Made by a program: the position numbers and the translations under genes. Below, in pieces: positions 60,611 to 64,000 of a stretch of 64,000 nt of DNA (positions are counted from its first letter, which is position 1; each line of letters starts with the position of its first letter). The stretch lies in the NCBI GenBank assembly GCA_039028615.1, contig JBCCHT010000002.1, positions 533,547 through 597,546 of the forward strand, given 5' to 3'. The notes beneath the pieces are model-generated. The model had not been told where the DNA came from and ran no database searches. It worked only from the letters and a program-made list of their open reading frames with translations. Origin of the DNA: Myxococcota bacterium. GTDB lineage: Bacteria; Myxococcota_A; Polyangia; Nannocystales; Nannocystaceae.

Positions 60611-61200
60611 GACGCGCCTCCCTCGCCCTCGGCCTCTTCGGGTTCTTCTTCGACCCCGCGGCGCTCCCAGGTCGCGATGGTGACGTCGGCGTTGAGCCGG
60701 TCTTCCGCGTTGCTGGGCGAGCGAATCAGCAGGCTCTCGGTCACGATGATGTGGCCGGCCTTGCTCTCGGTCTTGGCGAGGAACTTGATGAGGTCCTCGA
60801 GGGACACGCTGCGCAGGTTGAACTTGAAGCTGCGCTTGATGAGCCCGCCGCCCAGATCGAGCGCGGCGAGTTCCTCCTCGTTGGAGACCTGCACCGCCTC
60901 GGAGACGGTCGACGCCTCTTCGAGCAGCGTGGAGAAGAGCAGGGTCTTGTCCGAGATCTTGGCCTCGCGCTCCTTCTTCTCCTCGAGCCGCTCTTTGTAG
61001 ACGGCGCCTCGCGTGTAGACCATGTCGAGCGCGCGACGAGTCTCGGCGATGTCGTTCTCCGTGTCGCGGAGCGCCTTGTCGCGCATGTAGAGCAGGACGA
61101 GCGTGCCCATCCCGAAGAACACGAGGATCAGCACCAGGATGTAGGTGCGTTCCCGCGGCGTCAGTCGGCTCCAGAAGCCGCCCATGGGGTTCTTTGCCAT
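60607..61200 (-). CDS. gspM: type II secretion system protein M
   Basis: WSRLTPRER + TM + coiled coil; operon position. Confidence 0.75.
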   Translation of the reverse strand: MAKNPMGGFWSRLTPRERTYILVLILVFFGMGTLVLLYMRDKALRDTENDIAETRRALDMVYTRGAVYKERLEEKKEREAKISDKTLLFSTLLEEASTVSEAVQVSNEEELAALDLGGGLIKRSFKFNLRSVSLEDLIKFLAKTESKAGHIIVTESLLIRSPSNAEDRLNADVTIATWERRGVEEEPEEAEGEGGAS

Positions 61201-61204
61201 CGGC

Positions 61205-63082
61205 TCAGCCCTTTGCCCCTTCGCCCTCCGCGGCAGCCTCGTCTTGCTCGGGCTGCGCGTAGTAGCAGTTGTTGTCCATGCTCATCTCGAAGTTCTTGCG
61301 CTCGTTGCCACGGACCTTGCCGTTTTGGATGTTCGAGATGCAGCTGTGCTGCTTGAGCTTGTAGTTGAGCCGATCCTGCGCCGGCGAGTTGGTCGCCTCG
61401 ACCTTCAGCTCGATCTTGCGCTCGCGGACATCGACCATGGAGAAGGTGAGGCCGTCGGAGACCACGATGCCGCGCGAGGTCTCGATGGGGCCCTCTTCCT
61501 TCTTCTCGCCTTCGACGGGCGCGCCCTCGGTGCCGGGTGCGGCTCCGGGTGGCGCCCCGGGAGGCACGCTGGGGAAGGGCTGGCCCGTGGCCGGGTCGAT
61601 GCCCGTGGTGCCCGGCGGCAAGCCTCCCGGCCCCGGGACGGGCTGACCCGTCGCGGGATCGATGGTGCCTGGCAGCGGCTCCTCACCGAGGTTGCTGGGC
61701 GTCGCGGACTCGACGAGCATCGCGACCACCTCGAGCGCGCCCTTCTCCGGGACGAGGCTCGTCAGGTCCTGGCCGTCCACCTCGGCCAGCTTGGCCTCGA
61801 TCTTCGAAGGGCCGAGTTCCTGACCGAAGGTCTTCTTGGTGGCCACGGCCAGCTCGTCCTCGTAGGCCGCACGCTCGGCCTCGAGCGCCTTGACCTGGGC
61901 GATGGTGTCCAGCGCCCCGAAGGCCATGATGGCGACCCCGATCCCGATGAGCGAGGACATGCGCTCTTGGATCCAGCCGCCCTCGCCGTCGCCACCGCTG
62001 GTGTCGTGCAGCTGCACGAGCGGACGACGGGCGGCGCCGAAGGCCGCCCCCAAGGCCGCGCCGTAGGTCGCCCAGTCGCGCCCTTCGGTGCCCTTGAGCT
62101 GGGTGGTGGACGGCACGAGGCGCTTGACCTCGAGCCCGGTCTGCTCGGAGAGGTACGACGCCAGGCCCTGGAGGGCAGCACCGCCACCGGCCAGCGCAAT
62201 CTTGGTGACCTCGAGCTTGTGGGTGGCCCGCAGCCACATCCGCGTGTGCCCGATCTCCCGAATGACCGGCTCGATGGCGCGAGCGATGATCCGCCCCGCA
62301 TCGAGCTGGTCGTCGCTCATCTGCTCGAGGCCCTGGTGAGGCAGGAAGGCGTCACGGTGTTTGGCCGTCTCGGCCTCGGCCTCGCTGAGCTGATAGGCCT
62401 TGGCGATCGCCTGGGTCAGGTGACGGCCGCCGCGGCGAGCCGCCCGGACCGCCCGCGGACCCTTGGGACCCATCGCCACCAGCTGCGTGCTGCTGTGGCC
62501 GAGGTCCACGGTGAGGGTGACCGGCTCGAGGCCACGCTCGGCCAGCGCGGGCGGAACCGGAGCCGCGGCGGGTCGAGCCGCGACCTGGCCGATGGCCACC
62601 GCGCCCGAGGTCACCACCTTCAGCTCGACGCCGGCTCGCTTGAAGATGTCGGCGATGGGCTCGACCTTCTCGCGGCGCGACGCGACGACGAGAGCACGCC
62701 CGCCCGAGCCTGCGCTCGGTACCACGAGGTGCCCGTGGAACAGCTCCTCGATGGGCACGGGGAACTGTCCGTCCGCCTCGAAGCCCACCGCCTGAGCGAT
62801 GCGTCGCTCGTCGGAGAAGGGGAAGCTCAGCAGTCGATAGCTGCAGAGCGAGGGCGGCAGCACCAGCCCCACCGGGTACGAGAGCAGCCGGCGATGCTTG
62901 AGCATGCCCAGGGCGACCGCCAGGATCGAACCCAGGGGATCAGCCTCCGGGTCCTCGCTGGCAACCTGCCCCACGGGCTCGGAGAAGGCATCGGTGACCT
63001 GAACGCCACGCAAGCCAGCCGAAGCCACCACCACTTTGACGTGGTGTGAGCCGAGATCGACGCCTACGAATTTCTGAGCCAT
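61205..63082 (-). CDS. gspL: type II secretion protein L (PilM-like actin fold + TM + PilN-like domain)
   Basis: GVDLGSHHVK, VDLGHSST, GGRHLT, AETAK, LAGGGA; TM segment; operon position. Confidence 0.8.
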   Translation of the reverse strand: MAQKFVGVDLGSHHVKVVVASAGLRGVQVTDAFSEPVGQVASEDPEADPLGSILAVALGMLKHRRLLSYPVGLVLPPSLCSYRLLSFPFSDERRIAQAVGFEADGQFPVPIEELFHGHLVVPSAGSGGRALVVASRREKVEPIADIFKRAGVELKVVTSGAVAIGQVAARPAAAPVPPALAERGLEPVTLTVDLGHSSTQLVAMGPKGPRAVRAARRGGRHLTQAIAKAYQLSEAEAETAKHRDAFLPHQGLEQMSDDQLDAGRIIARAIEPVIREIGHTRMWLRATHKLEVTKIALAGGGAALQGLASYLSEQTGLEVKRLVPSTTQLKGTEGRDWATYGAALGAAFGAARRPLVQLHDTSGGDGEGGWIQERMSSLIGIGVAIMAFGALDTIAQVKALEAERAAYEDELAVATKKTFGQELGPSKIEAKLAEVDGQDLTSLVPEKGALEVVAMLVESATPSNLGEEPLPGTIDPATGQPVPGPGGLPPGTTGIDPATGQPFPSVPPGAPPGAAPGTEGAPVEGEKKEEGPIETSRGIVVSDGLTFSMVDVRERKIELKVEATNSPAQDRLNYKLKQHSCISNIQNGKVRGNERKNFEMSMDNNCYYAQPEQDEAAAEGEGAKG

Positions 63083-63086
63083 GTGA

Positions 63087-64000
63087 TTACTCCTCGCGGA
63101 GGTAGAGCCAGGCGCCTTGGCCTTGGCTCTGGGAACGCTTGTATTTCATGTCGTAGACCGCGGTCAGGCGCTTCTTGACCGCTCCGACCTCGGTGATGAC
63201 TTCGACGCGATAGACGTGCTCGGGCAGTACCGTCGCCACGTCGCTGAGGCCGCCGAAGCGCGTGCCGTCTTCGCGCGGACCACCGTTGACGCGCACTTCC
63301 ATGCCTTCGGGGATCCGCGGCAGGTTTTGGTTCTGGTCGGCATCGCCGCCGCCGAGCGCAGCCAGGGGCGACATGAACTGGTCGGGCTGCTGCACCAGCT
63401 CCTTGAACGCGTTCATGTCTTTGAACAGCGAGAACTCGCGGCTCTCGATGATGTAGTTGGCCAGTGGCAGCGTCTTGAGCAGGAAGTTCTCGCCCTCGGT
63501 CTTCCACTTGTCCTCGGCGGACACGGCGTGGCGCAGGACCAGTGCGATCTGCTCGGCGCTGGCGAAGTTGAGGTTGACCTTGCAGCCGCCGTAGACCGTC
63601 AGCTCGTGGGAGAACGCCGACATCCAGTCGTCGTCGATACCCTCGACCAAGTGCAGCTCCTCGACGCTGTCGAGCAGCTGGTCGCGCTGCTGGTAGCCAT
63701 CGAAGAGCTGCTGGTAGCGGTAGTTCTCCGGTCGCGAGCTCGACGAGCGCAGCCGCACGAGGTCGAACACGTAGGTGTCCGAGTCGATGTAGTCCGCCAT
63801 CGCCCGGATGACGTCGCTACGGTTGTAGAACTGGCCGTCGGCCTTCTGCTCCTCGAACAAGGGGTCGTAGAGCGTGGGCAGCATGAGCGCCTCGACCGTC
63901 TCGGTGACCCGCCCCGCTGGGTTGTCGGTGTCTTCCTTCGACAGGTCGCCCTGCACCGCGAGGCAGTTGATGTTGATCTTGCCGCTCTCGGCCGTGACCC
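63087..64000 (-). CDS. gspK: type II secretion minor pseudopilin K, 5'-truncated by the window edge
   Basis: ESGKININ at the edge, DYID.D, SVEELHLVEGI, KVNLNFA. Confidence 0.85.
   Translation of the reverse strand, partial: VTAESGKININCLAVQGDLSKEDTDNPAGRVTETVEALMLPTLYDPLFEEQKADGQFYNRSDVIRAMADYIDSDTYVFDLVRLRSSSSRPENYRYQQLFDGYQQRDQLLDSVEELHLVEGIDDDWMSAFSHELTVYGGCKVNLNFASAEQIALVLRHAVSAEDKWKTEGENFLLKTLPLANYIIESREFSLFKDMNAFKELVQQPDQFMSPLAALGGGDADQNQNLPRIPEGMEVRVNGGPREDGTRFGGLSDVATVLPEHVYRVEVITEVGAVKKRLTAVYDMKYKRSQSQGQGAWLYLREE

Noticed and set aside
59102..63049. Long plus-strand ORFs (632 and 634 aa)
   Set aside because: Antisense shadows of the gsp operon with no motifs.

Overview
A very GC-rich (about 70% by eye), densely coding bacterial window that most resembles a myxobacterium, probably Nannocystaceae. 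This is inferred from the many Cys-rich lipoproteins with Ser/Thr-rich linkers, a Ser/Thr kinase-TPR protein, an FHA-sigma54 activator and ECF sigma modules. About 48 real CDSs can be separated from GC-shadow ORFs. Housekeeping genes include rpmB, queD, fabH, a moaD-moaE fusion, aat, thiC with a TPP riboswitch, rsmE, lnt, an Fpg/Nei glycosylase and the end of a type II secretion operon (gspK-L-M-N). Accessory genes include four tandem Cys-rich lipoprotein paralogs followed by a GH5 glycoside hydrolase, a VWA-like/CotH lipoprotein, two ECF sigma modules (one fused to a TM + TPR-like domain), and a 1076-aa unknown protein with an inserted OmpA-like domain and repeated beta-rich modules lying upstream of a peptidoglycan amidase. 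No rRNA, tRNA, CRISPR array or transposase was seen. All calls come from motif recognition by eye; no database search was run.
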